Source: Verrucomicrobiota bacterium
Lineage (GTDB): Bacteria; Verrucomicrobiota; Verrucomicrobiia; Limisphaerales; SXQI01
NCBI GenBank assembly: GCA_033762115.1
Contig: JANRLX010000134.1
Coordinates: 1 to 64,000, forward strand
Direction of reading: 5' to 3'
Length of the DNA stretch: 64,000 nucleotides
Made by a program: the position numbers and the translations under genes. The notes under the pieces are model-generated. The model was not told the origin of the DNA and searched no databases. It saw only the letters and a program-made list of their open reading frames with translations. Positions 48,325 through 59,122 of the stretch are shown piece by piece; positions within the stretch are counted from its first letter, which is position 1; each line of letters begins with the position of its first letter.

Positions 48325-49092
48325 TCAAAGCTGGAAATGAATGGGCACTTCGTAAAAGCGAACCTGTCCCGAGGGAAAACGCCATTTTTCACGGATGACT
48401 TTAATCGCGGCGTCATTCAACAGTGTCCAGGGGGATGGTTTGGAAGCGACCGCTGACAAGACATTGCCGGTTTCTGAAACGGTGAATTGGACCACCACTG
48501 TTCCTTCCTGTCCGCTGCGCATCGCGCGCGCGGGATATTCAGGGGCGGGTTGGCGCCCTTCGCCATGTCCGAACGTCAGCGCCTGGATTTTAGGGGCTGT
48601 GGCAGCCGGAGCATTTTTTTCAACTGGCGCGGACCTTGAAAAGGAGGCTTCTGATCGATCCACGATTTGAACAGGTCCCTCCACGGGCAGGGCGAAGGCA
48701 ATCAATGGGGTGGGCTCGGCCACTGCGATAAGGGGTGTGGTTTCGGGAGTGGCGACAGCGCTGAGGGTTGGGGGCGTGCGGGTTGGGGAGGTCGCTTTCG
48801 CCGGGGATGAGACAGGCTCGGTTGTGAGTTCCACCTGAACAAGTTCCGCCTTTGTTTCCGAGTTTTTTTTCGCTGGTGCCACTGGATGGGTGTAAGGAAG
48901 GACAAATCCGATCAGTCCAACAGTGACGCAGGAAAGCCAAAGAACCAGCGTCGCGATGGGAAGCAATTTTGCCTCGGTGGCGCCTTGACCTGGGGTCCTG
49001 GAGAAGCGGGCTGTTTTTGAAGTGGGCAAAGGGGCGAATGCGCTGTTCGCCTGGCTGAACATTTGATGAGTCTCGACGGTTGTCATCTGCAT
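48325..49092 (-). CDS. tonB: TonB family energy transducer
   Basis: TM anchor, Pro/Thr-rich linker, C-terminal PEYPARA..GQEGTVVVQF..W.F. Confidence 0.85.
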   Translation of the reverse strand: MQMTTVETHQMFSQANSAFAPLPTSKTARFSRTPGQGATEAKLLPIATLVLWLSCVTVGLIGFVLPYTHPVAPAKKNSETKAELVQVELTTEPVSSPAKATSPTRTPPTLSAVATPETTPLIAVAEPTPLIAFALPVEGPVQIVDRSEASFSRSAPVEKNAPAATAPKIQALTFGHGEGRQPAPEYPARAMRSGQEGTVVVQFTVSETGNVLSAVASKPSPWTLLNDAAIKVIREKWRFPSGQVRFYEVPIHFQL

Positions 49093-49131
49093 TGAAGCTA
49101 AATGATAATACGAATTGCGCTTGCGGTCAGT

Positions 49132-49146
49132 TGCTAATGATTGTCG
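49132..49146. promoter_or_regulatory. Putative Fur box upstream of tonB-exbB-exbD
   Basis: CGACAATCATTAGCA (minus strand) matches 12/15 of the TGATAATcATTATCA 7-1-7 consensus; AATGATAAT also at 49101. Confidence 0.5.
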
Positions 49147-49182
49147 GTAACTTGCTTTGGAAAAACGGCTGTAATCAAGGTT

Positions 49183-50313
49183 TCAAATAGGAGGCTGCGC
49201 TTTTGAACGCATGAAAAAGCGGCGCCAGGTCAGGGCAAACCCGGTCCACACGAGGAAAAGGGAACCCAGGGAGGCCAGGCCGGCAAGAGCCTGTCCGATT
49301 GGCCCGAGGGCTTCGCCGGTGTGCAGGTAACGGGTCCAGGAACGGACTTTCCGGCCGGTGTTGAAATCAGAATAGGATTCCCTGCTGACCACTTCGCCTG
49401 TGTAGGGATGGATGCCCAGTTGGGTAGTGGCGAACCGGGGAGCGCCATTTTTCTCCTTGAGAGAGACCACCACCGGGGCGTTTGTTTTCCCGAACCGGAT
49501 GGTCGCCTGTTCCCAGGCGGGATGATGTTTTTTCGCAATTTCCAGGATTGCGTCGGAGCTGAGCAAGGTTCCGGTGAAGGGGGAAAGTTTCGGCTCAATT
49601 TTTCCCGGCGCATTTGCCGGGGGAGGCGGGGTGGTGCCGGTTAATTTATAAATCAGGTTGCCTGCCCATTGGTAGGAAATCGGCATGGCGGTGGCAGTGA
49701 CGACGATGAGGATGGGCGCTGACCAGAACCCGATGGCGTTGTGCCAGTTCCAGTCCCGCGCTTTGCCGCGCAATTCAAGAGAGGGGTGGGTGATAGCGCT
49801 GAGTGCGTTGCGGGACCATTTGCGCGGCCACCATAAATAGAGGCCGGAAATCCCGAGAAAAAGGAATGCGGCATTGCAGGCGCCGGTGATTGCCTTGCCG
49901 ATTGGCCGTTGATCACCGCTTTGTCCAAGCCATCGATGCCACTCGATCATTAATTGCATGAATGGACGGACCCCTTCCTTGCCATGTTCCTGAATTTTTC
50001 CTGAGTAAGGGTCGATGTAAAACACATTGGTACGGGAAAAAGAGATGAGCGCCGCTGAATCAGGTTCGGCGAAAAAAGTGATGGAACCGGGCTTCAGGGT
50101 GGGTTTTTCCTGCCGGAATTTTTCCATCAGCGCATCCACTGCCAGCCGTTGGCCGGTGGGATTGATTTTTTTGGAATCCCGCTCGAACCACGCGATGATT
50201 TCTTTTTCAAAAGCCAGGGTGACCCCGGTAAAGGACATCACGGCCACGATTGTTCCAGCCAGCACGCCAGCGGCGAGATGCAGCCAAAAAATAACTTTGC
50301 GAATGTTGCCCAT
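49183..50313 (-). CDS. PepSY-associated TM helix protein (PiuB-like)
   Basis: FWLHL, SFTG, IEWHRWL, SGLYLWWP, WHNAIGFW, YLHTGE. Confidence 0.88.
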   Translation of the reverse strand: MGNIRKVIFWLHLAAGVLAGTIVAVMSFTGVTLAFEKEIIAWFERDSKKINPTGQRLAVDALMEKFRQEKPTLKPGSITFFAEPDSAALISFSRTNVFYIDPYSGKIQEHGKEGVRPFMQLMIEWHRWLGQSGDQRPIGKAITGACNAAFLFLGISGLYLWWPRKWSRNALSAITHPSLELRGKARDWNWHNAIGFWSAPILIVVTATAMPISYQWAGNLIYKLTGTTPPPPANAPGKIEPKLSPFTGTLLSSDAILEIAKKHHPAWEQATIRFGKTNAPVVVSLKEKNGAPRFATTQLGIHPYTGEVVSRESYSDFNTGRKVRSWTRYLHTGEALGPIGQALAGLASLGSLFLVWTGFALTWRRFFMRSKAQPPI

Positions 50314-51005
50314 TAGAGTTCAGCCCATTGCCTGAGCAGGTTGTGGTAAACCCCGGTGAGTTGAACAGAAGATTGTTGAACCGTGGGATTGTCCGGAAGA
50401 TCGCGGCTCAACCGTTGAATGGCAAGATCCAGGTCAAACAGGAGTGAGCGCTGCCCATCATCACGAATCATGCTTTGCAGCCAAAAAAATGAACAAATGC
50501 GGGCGCCTCGGGTCACCGGACGGACATGATGTAAACTGGTCGAGGGATAAAGGATCATGTGGCCCGCCGGGAGTTTGACGCTTTGCACGCCATAGGTGTC
50601 CTCAATGCACAGTTCACCGCCATCATATTCATCAGGGCTGGTGAAAAAAAGGGTTGCGGAGAGATCGGTGCGAATTCGGTGTGGGGTGCCCGGCACCTGG
50701 CGAATGGCATTATCGACGTGCGTCCCAAAGGACTGGCCTCCGGAGTAGCGGTTGAAGAGGGGAGGGAAAACGCGCAACGGCAATGCTGCCGAGACGAACA
50801 AGCCATTTCTGCCCAGGGCGGAAATGATCATTTCGCCGAGCTGCTGGGCAATGGGATGATTCTCGGGAATCTGCATGTTGTCCTTCGCCTTTGAGGATTG
50901 GTGGCCTGCGGTGACTTTCCCATCCACCCACTCGGCTTTATCGAGAAGCTGGCGCGCCTGGATCACCTGCTCGGCAGTCAATAAATCGGGAATGCGAATC
51001 AACAT
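50313..51005 (-). CDS. PKHD-type Fe(II)/2-oxoglutarate hydroxylase (PiuC/YbiX)
   Basis: [45 protein letters not shown]. Confidence 0.95.
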   Translation of the reverse strand: MLIRIPDLLTAEQVIQARQLLDKAEWVDGKVTAGHQSSKAKDNMQIPENHPIAQQLGEMIISALGRNGLFVSAALPLRVFPPLFNRYSGGQSFGTHVDNAIRQVPGTPHRIRTDLSATLFFTSPDEYDGGELCIEDTYGVQSVKLPAGHMILYPSTSLHHVRPVTRGARICSFFWLQSMIRDDGQRSLLFDLDLAIQRLSRDLPDNPTVQQSSVQLTGVYHNLLRQWAEL

Positions 51006-51007
51006 AA

Positions 51008-53236
51008 CTAAAAATTAAAGTTGGCGGTTAATACAGCCGAACGACCTGCGCCAGGAACGGCATGCCCTCCTCCCACACGGTCGATGTACTCACGGTCCGC
51101 AAGGTTATAGATATTTAATCGCAAGCTGATGGCGTCGCTTACCTGATAGCCAAGCATGGCGTCAAACAGCACATAACCGGGCGCTTTCCGGTTGTTGGCA
51201 TTGCTGCTGTATCGGCTGCCAACATATTGAGCGCCAATGCCGATTTCCAGATCCAACGGGAGCTGATAGGTAGTCCATAAATTCGCACTGTGCCGTGGGG
51301 TGTTGTTGACCTCCTTGCCTATTTCAGCAGGATCCCTGGATTCGAGAATTTCGCTGTCAATATAGGCGTAGCCAGCAAAAATCGCCCACTCTTTGGTCAG
51401 GTTTCCCTGAACACCAAACTCAACTCCCTGCGACCGTTGCTCTCCTTCAAGCACAATGAAATCATTTGGATCAACGGGGTCCTGGGTCCGGGCATTGGTT
51501 TTGTCTATGCGGAACAAAGCTGTGGTGATCGCGAGCCGATGATCGAAGAAATCCCATTTTGTCCCGATCTCGAAGGAACGATTTTCCTCAGGATCGATCC
51601 CGACGTTGTTTGCGGCTGTTGCACCGGTGGAAAGGGTCAACCCTTCCGCGCTTGGGTTGAAGGAGGTGCCGTAACCGGCATAAATGCTGCCATTGGAGGT
51701 GGGTTTGTAAACCAGTCCTCCGCGGAAGCTGAACATATCATCCTGGCGTTCCAGGGCGGTCTCAGCGTTGGCTGGATTTGTTCCGAGGAACTCCACATCG
51801 AAATGGTCGTAACGCGCCCCGCCGCTCACTTCCCACTGCTCACCGATTTTCAGGGTATCAAAAGCAAAGAGAGCGGCGGAAATTGCATCCACATCGGTCC
51901 GACCGTTTGAGACGAGGGTGCCGGTATAGGGCTGGTTCGGGTCAGGATTGAAAACATCCGCGAGGGGAGTGACAGGCCCGGTCCTCAAATTGTTGACGGA
52001 GCTTTCCTTGATCAGTTCAAATCCGGTGACCACGGCATGGCCGACAGGGCCTGTTTCGAAGTCAATATTAATGTCGGTGGTGGTGGCAAGACTGGTGTCC
52101 ACCTGGTCCCGTGATTGCACCTGCCGATTGATTGCTGTGCCGAACTGATTTCCGGGAATCCCGGGATCATCCGCAAACCGGGGCGCGGTGATTATGGAAT
52201 CGCGTGACGTGTAACCGTAACGGGAAATGTTCCTGAGGCGGAGAGAATCCGAAAAATCATGCTCCAGTCGCAAGCTGGGAATGGCTGTGGTGACTTCCTC
52301 ATAATCACGATCGCGCAATCCATAAAAAGTGCTGTGGGAGACTGGCGCCAGCTTGTCTGTATAAGAAGCGAGATAGGAATTGGTGTTTCCCGCGGCGACC
52401 CAGGGGATTCCGTAATCGGGAAGGTTGTCCTGTTCCAGGTGAAAGTAGCTGAAAATGACCCGAGTCGATGTCCCGAGGCCAAACCCGACAGCAGGGGCAA
52501 ATCCGAGGCGTTCATTCTCCACAATTTCCCTGCCGGGTTGATCGTTGTGATGGATTAATCCATTAAAGCGAAGCGCTGTTCCGGGAACCAAGTCGTTCTT
52601 TACAGGCTGGTTGAAGTCAATTGTCAGGCGTTGATAATCATCCGTTCCGATCCCAATCGAACCATCATAGAATGGAGTCAATCGAGGTGTTTTGGAAACC
52701 ATGTTGATTGATCCGCCGGTGGAACCACGTCCTGCGTTGGCGCTGGAAGGACCTTTGACAACCTCGACCTGTTCGAGGTTGAACGGATCACGCGAATAGC
52801 CCCCGAAATCGCGGATGTTATCGATGAAAACGTCAGTCCGGGCATTGAAGCCTCGAATGGAAAGATTATCCCCGGCAGGCACGCCTCCTTCACCTGCCTG
52901 CATGCTGATCCCGGGGACGTTGCGCAACACATCGCGCAGGCTGGTGGCGTTCTGTTCCTGAATGACAGCTTGCGGGACCACGGTAATTGTTTGAGGGATG
53001 TTGCGAAGCGGTTCAGTGAAGCGGGGGGAATCCACAGTCTCCGGCTTATGGTTGCTTCGCTGTCCGCGAACGACGACTTCGGGAAGCGCGACCGGGTTGT
53101 TGGTGGAGGCATCCGCAGGTTTGCTGGAACTAGATTGTGCATTCGTCGAAATGGCCACTCCCTGAGCCATGATCAGCGCTGTCAACGCTGAAGCCACTTT
53201 GTCCAACCGCCCCTGATTTTGCTTTTTCCGTGTCAT
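51008..53236 (-). CDS. TonB-dependent siderophore receptor (Fiu/PiuA-like)
   Basis: TonB box LPEVVV, plug [24 protein letters not shown]-terminal NLAD.EY...ANFNF. Start uncertain (ORF opens at 53290). Confidence 0.93.
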   Translation of the reverse strand: MTRKKQNQGRLDKVASALTALIMAQGVAISTNAQSSSSKPADASTNNPVALPEVVVRGQRSNHKPETVDSPRFTEPLRNIPQTITVVPQAVIQEQNATSLRDVLRNVPGISMQAGEGGVPAGDNLSIRGFNARTDVFIDNIRDFGGYSRDPFNLEQVEVVKGPSSANAGRGSTGGSINMVSKTPRLTPFYDGSIGIGTDDYQRLTIDFNQPVKNDLVPGTALRFNGLIHHNDQPGREIVENERLGFAPAVGFGLGTSTRVIFSYFHLEQDNLPDYGIPWVAAGNTNSYLASYTDKLAPVSHSTFYGLRDRDYEEVTTAIPSLRLEHDFSDSLRLRNISRYGYTSRDSIITAPRFADDPGIPGNQFGTAINRQVQSRDQVDTSLATTTDINIDFETGPVGHAVVTGFELIKESSVNNLRTGPVTPLADVFNPDPNQPYTGTLVSNGRTDVDAISAALFAFDTLKIGEQWEVSGGARYDHFDVEFLGTNPANAETALERQDDMFSFRGGLVYKPTSNGSIYAGYGTSFNPSAEGLTLSTGATAANNVGIDPEENRSFEIGTKWDFFDHRLAITTALFRIDKTNARTQDPVDPNDFIVLEGEQRSQGVEFGVQGNLTKEWAIFAGYAYIDSEILESRDPAEIGKEVNNTPRHSANLWTTYQLPLDLEIGIGAQYVGSRYSSNANNRKAPGYVLFDAMLGYQVSDAISLRLNIYNLADREYIDRVGGGHAVPGAGRSAVLTANFNF

Positions 53237-53321
53237 TCGGGAGCGGAAATTATCGGAAAGCGTGAAGCAGCGCTTGCGGGCGATTGCCATTTCCTATCGA
53301 CAACTTGCCAAAAAAAGAAAT

Positions 53322-54089
53322 TTACTTGCTGATGCCGCGCTCGCTGCTGCGGGTGAATTCGACCAGATGAATGATTTCGGGCAATTTCGGCAGTTCCGCC
53401 TCGATTTTTGCGAGCGCGTTTGAGATGGTGAGACGTTCCCGAAAGAGAATTCGATAGGCCTGCTTGAGCGCCGACTGGGCTTCTTCACTGACCCCATTTC
53501 GTTCCAGGCCGATTTTATTGATCGTGCGGGTTTCAGCGGGGTTGCCATCCGCAAGCATAAATGGCGGGACATCCTGCACCACCTTTGAGCAGCCGCCGAT
53601 GATGGAAAATTTCCCGATCCGACAGAACTGGTGGATCGCTGCCAATCCGCCTATCACTGCATGGTCTTCAACTGTGACATGCCCGGCCAGAGTGGCCACG
53701 TTGGACATGATCACGCGGTTTCCCAAAGTGACGTTATGGGCCACGTGACAATAAGCCAGGATGTGATTATGAGAACCGACCGTGGTGACTTCGCCATCAC
53801 TGGTGGCGGAATGGATGGTCACATATTCCCGGAAAGTATTGAAGCTGCCGATTTCTGTCCGGGTAATCCCGCCCTTCCATTTCAGGTCCTGGGTTTTCAG
53901 CCCGATGCTGGCGAATGGAAAAATTTCATTTCCTTCACCCAGCCGGGTATGGCCATCAATGACAATATGTGAGTGCAACCGGCAACCTGCGCCAAGCTCC
54001 ACATGCTCGCCAATAACACAATAAGGCCCGATCTCGCAACTTGCGGGCACTTTCGCATTTGGATGGATGACAGCGGTGGGGTGGATCAT
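53322..54089 (-). CDS. lpxA: Acyl-ACP--UDP-N-acetylglucosamine O-acyltransferase
   Basis: IHPTAVI hexapeptide repeats, QDLK, HVAH, LAGHV, HQFCRIG. Confidence 0.96.
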   Translation of the reverse strand: MIHPTAVIHPNAKVPASCEIGPYCVIGEHVELGAGCRLHSHIVIDGHTRLGEGNEIFPFASIGLKTQDLKWKGGITRTEIGSFNTFREYVTIHSATSDGEVTTVGSHNHILAYCHVAHNVTLGNRVIMSNVATLAGHVTVEDHAVIGGLAAIHQFCRIGKFSIIGGCSKVVQDVPPFMLADGNPAETRTINKIGLERNGVSEEAQSALKQAYRILFRERLTISNALAKIEAELPKLPEIIHLVEFTRSSERGISK

Positions 54090-54093
54090 TTTC

Positions 54094-55455
54094 TTAGGCA
54101 TCCATGAGCACAAACGCCACTTCGGCTTCGCTCACCACTGTTCCGCTGACTGAGCAGACACCTTTGGCCTTACCCAGTTTCCCGCGCACTTTTGTCAGTT
54201 CGATATCAATCGTCAATACATCGCCGGGTCGGACCGGGTTGCGCCATTTGACACTTTCAGCGGACATGAAATAGGCAATTTTTCCCATGTTTTCCAATCG
54301 TTTGAGCATCAGGATACCGGCAACCTGGGCCATCGCCTCAAGTTGCAACACGCCGGGCATGATTGGGTGGCCGGGAAAATGACCCTGAAAATAATTTTCA
54401 TTGATTGAAACATTCTTGATTGCGGTGATTTTGTTTCCATCAATTTTTGTCACCCTATCCACCATCAAAAAGGGAAACCGATGCGGAAGCACTTTCATCA
54501 CTTCCATTACATCCATCCCGGTCCCTGAATCCGGTGCGGTCCCGGAGACTTCTTCGGATAAGGAGGGCGCGTCCGATTTCATTGGGCTGGGGGGAGGAGT
54601 GAAGGCCTGGGAAGCGACCAGTGGTTTGCGGGCCTGGGCGCTGATCTGCCTCGCCAGGTCGCAATTGGCCGAATGACTTGGTTTTATGGCAACGATGTGC
54701 CCTGACAACGGTTTTCCGAGGAGGGCAAGGTCCCCCACAATATCGAGGATTTTGTGTCGAACAAATTCCTCCTGATAACGAAGTGGTTCGTTTGTCAGAA
54801 TGGCATCTTCCCGGATCACGACCGCATTTTCGAGGCTGCCCCCTTTGATCAATCCATTTTTGATCAGGTATTCGATTTCTTCAAAAAAACAGAAAGTCCG
54901 AGCTGCGCTGAGTTCACGTTCCCAGCTTTCCGGCGTGACCTCCAGGCTGAAAAACTGGGTGAATCGTCCGTTCCGGTCCGAACTTGTGCAGCTGATTTTG
55001 AAACCATCGTGCGGAAAAATAGAAATGCTGGTGTCACCGGCTTTGATTTCGAGAGGAGTGGGAATCCTGATGGATTCACGCCGTTCTGCCTGGGGAACAA
55101 TCCCGGCCTGCCGGACCAGCCGTGTGTATTCACGGGCGCTGCCATCGGCAATGGGCGGTTCGTTGGCATCCAGCTCCACAATCGCATTGTCCACCCCCAT
55201 CCCGGCAAAGGTTGAGAGGACATGCTCCACGGTATGCACCCGCACATTTCCTCTTGCCAACGTGGTCGAACGGTTTGTTTCACTGACATTTTCGATTTTC
55301 GCTTCAATCTCCGGTTTCCCTTCCAGGTCGATACGGCGGAAGCGAATCCCGCTGTTTGGTGCGGCGGGAAGAAATGTCATGTTCACCCGGTTGCCGCTAT
55401 GCAGCCCCACTCCGGAATAACTGACAGCTTCCTTCAATGTCTGTTGTTGCAACAC
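54094..55455 (-). CDS. lpxC-fabZ: Bifunctional LpxC deacetylase / FabZ dehydratase
   Basis: QQTL..GVGLHSG, TVEHVLS, HKILDIVGD followed by LPHRFPFLMVD, GHFPGHPIMPGVL. Confidence 0.95.
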   Translation of the reverse strand: MLQQQTLKEAVSYSGVGLHSGNRVNMTFLPAAPNSGIRFRRIDLEGKPEIEAKIENVSETNRSTTLARGNVRVHTVEHVLSTFAGMGVDNAIVELDANEPPIADGSAREYTRLVRQAGIVPQAERRESIRIPTPLEIKAGDTSISIFPHDGFKISCTSSDRNGRFTQFFSLEVTPESWERELSAARTFCFFEEIEYLIKNGLIKGGSLENAVVIREDAILTNEPLRYQEEFVRHKILDIVGDLALLGKPLSGHIVAIKPSHSANCDLARQISAQARKPLVASQAFTPPPSPMKSDAPSLSEEVSGTAPDSGTGMDVMEVMKVLPHRFPFLMVDRVTKIDGNKITAIKNVSINENYFQGHFPGHPIMPGVLQLEAMAQVAGILMLKRLENMGKIAYFMSAESVKWRNPVRPGDVLTIDIELTKVRGKLGKAKGVCSVSGTVVSEAEVAFVLMDA

Positions 55456-55532
55456 GGGGCAGAGTAAACAAAACCGTCCCCCCCTTGGCAAGAAAGGGAA
55501 ATGTCGCTTATTGCCCGCGAAACAGGCTCAAA

Positions 55533-57827
55533 TCATGGACGTTCCACGATTTTGAAGAATTGCAGGGCAGGGGAGGTGGATGAAATGAAAAATTCCGTCT
55601 CAGGAAAATTTCCCTCCATCACATGAATTAATCCGAGGTTTTCTACATCGGTTCCCGCGTGGATTTCGTAAGTTTTTGCATTCACCCCCGGCCAGCTCAA
55701 CCGGATCCGGGTGGAACTCCAGCGATCCACCCCCACGCGCAAAGGAAACCCACGTACTCGTGGATCGGTTCCCAGGATCTGCTCCCGCGCATTCCGGTAA
55801 CCGTCTGAATCAGAATCCTCGGCAGCAGTTTTCAGCAGGTCGCCAAAATAGGTGAGTTCCCAGGTATCATCCAGTCCATCATGATCTGTGTCCGTGATCG
55901 GCACTCCCTGGATCAACAGGTCCACTCCCTTGACACTCCCCTGGTTATTGAAGATTTGATCGCTCACCAGCACTTTCCATTCTCCGGCGCTGGATTCATA
56001 AAAATGGTGAGTCGAGTAATAGGTCCAATTTGTCGGGCCAGCCGCGTTGTCAGTATTGATTGCCTGCAAAACACTTTTTGTTCCAGTCGGACTGATCAGT
56101 ACCACACGCAAGTCCCCCCTGCGAGGATGCTCCGTCCTGATGCGGACTCCCACGTGCTCGGTCAGGAGGGTTTCAGTAATATTAAAGGCATAGCTGGCCG
56201 CGTCCGTCCTTAACTGCACAGTCAACGACGCTCCGCTCTCAATCAAATTACTCAGGGTAAGGCCATCATTTTGCCCGAGGAACACGGCAGGAATGCCGAT
56301 CGTCTCGGTATAACGCATGGTTTCCAGGGTTGTCCCGCCTGAATTGTTTGCGAGGATTGCAAATTCCGCACTGGCGCGCTGGACGTTTTCAAGCTTTCGC
56401 AAAAAAGGGCCTCCGCCACGAAACAGCAGCGCACCCTTTCCTGTCAGGTCCTGGGAGGGAGTGTTTGTCGCGAGCCCTACATTGACGATTGGCAGGTAAC
56501 CTGTTGGAAGGTCTGCATTTTCACCCAGGCTGGCCCGCGCAATCCAGGAATAATTATTGGTCGCAATTCCGGAAACTACCCTTGCTTCCACGCGCAATCC
56601 CGCATCCTGCAAGGTCAACGTTTGTGTGCTGCTCTGTTCAATCCACACCGCCGCCGGGCGATTCGACCATGCAAGCGCCGTCCAGATGGCCCAGCCGGCA
56701 TCAGGCACACCGAACCCAACGGTATGACTTTTCAGATAACCCGCTGCATTGCGCGTGGCCGTGGCATCCTCGTCATCGTAATGGAGGCTTGAGTTGATCA
56801 ATACCTGCTGAACATCGCGGTAGGTCAACCCGGGATTTGCCGCCAGGATCAATGCGCAAAGGCCGGAAATTTCCGCCGTTGCCGCGGAAGTGCCGGCATC
56901 CCAAAGCGTGGCGTAAGTGTAATCTGCGGAATCATCTTCAAAATTAACGTAATTAAAACCGTCCGTTCCGGTCAGGTCAGTGCTGATGAGATTGGTATAA
57001 AAGGCAAACTCGTTGATATTATCACCACTTGGTGCTGCCACAAGAATAGCCGCGCCCGGATTGCTGTAACTTGTGGAGCGGCCGCTGTAATTGACTGCGC
57101 CCACCGCAATCGCCCGCGGATCCGAGATGTAAGCATCGTCGTTGGCATTGCGCCCATCCTGTCGCGCATTTCCGGAGGCCCTGACCATGATCACTCCCTT
57201 GCCGCCGCGGCCAGCCGTCACCGCATTTGAAATGGCCAAATCTTCTGCCGGACTGACTGCGGTCAAGCCAGCCACTGGAGGGGTCCAGCTATGATTCTGG
57301 ATTTGAACATCCTGGATTTTGTACTGAAACATTTCCGCCAGGGCGGCGCGGCTCACAAAAGCAGGAGGAAAATTGGTTGTAAAAATCACCCAGCTTGCCA
57401 TCCCGGCCTCGGGAGCGACGCCGGAAATGCCCCGTTCATTATTTTGAGTGGCCGCTGCAAGGCCCGCCATGGCTGTGCCATGCGCGCCATCAGACCGGGC
57501 GCTCACAGGATTGCCATTCGTTGTTCCCACATCAAAATTAAAGTGGGGTCCGGTCATCCGTTCTGCGAGCTCAGGATGAGAAAGTTCAACCCCGGTATCC
57601 ACAATCGCAATCGTCACTCCAGCACCCCTAGTATAACCCCAGGCGCCACGAACGTTCAGGTCCGCTCCGAGTCGGATTCCATTGAGGTCACGGTTTTCCA
57701 TGTTCCATTGGATGTCCCATGCCCGGTCGTTGGGAGCGGGTGAATACGGCAGACGCGGATTAATTTCCGCAGCATCAGAAACAAGACCCCAGGCAAAGAA
57801 AACGACAAACCACCCAAAGCGTGACAT
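55533..57827 (-). CDS. Secreted S8 (kexin/furin-like) protease with PA and P domains
   Basis: Triad IVDTG, HGTAMAG, GTSAA; LTYRDVQ; PA-like insert; P-domain HPRRGDL..LISPTGT; DxDxDG Ca motifs. Confidence 0.88.
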   Translation of the reverse strand: MSRFGWFVVFFAWGLVSDAAEINPRLPYSPAPNDRAWDIQWNMENRDLNGIRLGADLNVRGAWGYTRGAGVTIAIVDTGVELSHPELAERMTGPHFNFDVGTTNGNPVSARSDGAHGTAMAGLAAATQNNERGISGVAPEAGMASWVIFTTNFPPAFVSRAALAEMFQYKIQDVQIQNHSWTPPVAGLTAVSPAEDLAISNAVTAGRGGKGVIMVRASGNARQDGRNANDDAYISDPRAIAVGAVNYSGRSTSYSNPGAAILVAAPSGDNINEFAFYTNLISTDLTGTDGFNYVNFEDDSADYTYATLWDAGTSAATAEISGLCALILAANPGLTYRDVQQVLINSSLHYDDEDATATRNAAGYLKSHTVGFGVPDAGWAIWTALAWSNRPAAVWIEQSSTQTLTLQDAGLRVEARVVSGIATNNYSWIARASLGENADLPTGYLPIVNVGLATNTPSQDLTGKGALLFRGGGPFLRKLENVQRASAEFAILANNSGGTTLETMRYTETIGIPAVFLGQNDGLTLSNLIESGASLTVQLRTDAASYAFNITETLLTEHVGVRIRTEHPRRGDLRVVLISPTGTKSVLQAINTDNAAGPTNWTYYSTHHFYESSAGEWKVLVSDQIFNNQGSVKGVDLLIQGVPITDTDHDGLDDTWELTYFGDLLKTAAEDSDSDGYRNAREQILGTDPRVRGFPLRVGVDRWSSTRIRLSWPGVNAKTYEIHAGTDVENLGLIHVMEGNFPETEFFISSTSPALQFFKIVERP

Positions 57828-57890
57828 ACGCAAATTATACCTTATTCCTTTACCCGCACAACCCGGACTGCGGCGAACGTTTCAAAAGTC

Positions 57891-58073
57891 TCAAAACATC
57901 GGCCTCGTTTGCATCAGGTAAAGAAGAAAACCGAAAATCGCGGAAATGATCAGGCCAGCAATGATCGACCAGCGAAACACCTGAGCATGCCGCTGGCGAT
58001 TCGCCCTTCCCATGCCGGGCAGTAGGTAATAGCGATGCTCCTCACCGTTTTTATTTTTCGGCGGGCCAAACAA
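57891..58073 (-). CDS. Small membrane protein
   Basis: 60 aa, HRYYLLPGMG followed by one TM helix; co-oriented with neighbours. Confidence 0.5.
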   Translation of the reverse strand: MFGPPKNKNGEEHRYYLLPGMGRANRQRHAQVFRWSIIAGLIISAIFGFLLYLMQTRPMF

Positions 58074-58171
58074 CGATCCTAAAGGCCCGAGGGCGCGACG
58101 TTTTGGAGATTTCGATGCGATTGATAAATTTTAACAAAACAGCTCTGAAAATCAAAAAAAATCCAAAAGGA

Positions 58172-59116
58172 TTATATCAAGGCTCCGCCACAACTGCTCC
58201 CTGCACCAGCTGTGCAGGCGAAGCAATGAGAACCAGTTCGCACCGGATAATGACTCAAGATTTCGGGTGTTACATCCCACAGGTACAGGCTTTTACCATT
58301 GCGGATTTGCAGCCCAAGCATCTGGTTGAAGTCGCAATCGTAAATTGCGCCGTTGAAATCAACACTCAATGTATTTCTGCACATCAGCCCTGGGATTGTC
58401 GCAGGGTTAAAAGCATCCATTAACAATTGGTGGTAAGCCTCAAACTGACCGGACTTTTTCAAATCCTCCGCGAATCGGGCAATCGGTTGATTCGTGATTG
58501 TCAGGAGCCGGTTAAAGATGATCCCATATTCCCGTCCCAAGTGTTCCCGATAATCAGCTTCCAACTCTGCCTGGGGAGGTGGCAATTTCGCTCCGAGGGG
58601 ATTGTAGACGAGGTCCAGAGGCAGCCGGTTCCCGTATCCCACCTGGTTTAGTTTTTTAATTGCTCGGATGCTGCGTTCAAAAACACCGTTTCCCCGCTGT
58701 TTAGTGACATTTTCCGGGGAGTAACAAGGCAGGGAGGCGACAATTTCCACTTCGTTTTCTGCGAGGTAGTGATGAAATGCTTCGAAACCGGGCTCTTCGA
58801 GGATTGTGAGATTACACCGGTCAATCACCCTGGCTCCATTTTTCCGCGCTGCCTCCAACAATGGTTTGAACGCTTCGTTTAACTCAGGGGCGCCTCCGGT
58901 AATATCCACCAGTGAAGGGTTCCATCGTTTAATCCATTCGATTATTTTTGCGGCGACTTCCATGCCCATCATTTCCGTTCGCCAGGGCGCAGCATCGACA
59001 TGGCAATGGCGGCATGCCTGATTGCATTTTCGTCCAAGATTTAATTGAAGAATTTCGAATTCTCCCCGCTGAAGGACCAATCCTTCCTTAGCCAACCGTT
59101 GCTCGAATGAATTCAT
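58172..59116 (-). CDS. arsS: Radical SAM / Cys-rich protein, ArsS (arsenosugar biosynthesis) family
   Basis: CNQACRHC, DITGGAPE, ASLPCY, LMCR, YDCDFNQ, HCFACTAGAGSSCGG. Confidence 0.85.
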   Translation of the reverse strand: MNSFEQRLAKEGLVLQRGEFEILQLNLGRKCNQACRHCHVDAAPWRTEMMGMEVAAKIIEWIKRWNPSLVDITGGAPELNEAFKPLLEAARKNGARVIDRCNLTILEEPGFEAFHHYLAENEVEIVASLPCYSPENVTKQRGNGVFERSIRAIKKLNQVGYGNRLPLDLVYNPLGAKLPPPQAELEADYREHLGREYGIIFNRLLTITNQPIARFAEDLKKSGQFEAYHQLLMDAFNPATIPGLMCRNTLSVDFNGAIYDCDFNQMLGLQIRNGKSLYLWDVTPEILSHYPVRTGSHCFACTAGAGSSCGGALI

Positions 59117-59122
59117 CGTCTC

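Noticed and set aside
54094..55455. lpxC-fabZ fusion as a novelty
   Set aside because: This fusion is already known in several phyla such as Bacteroidota; listed as a feature only
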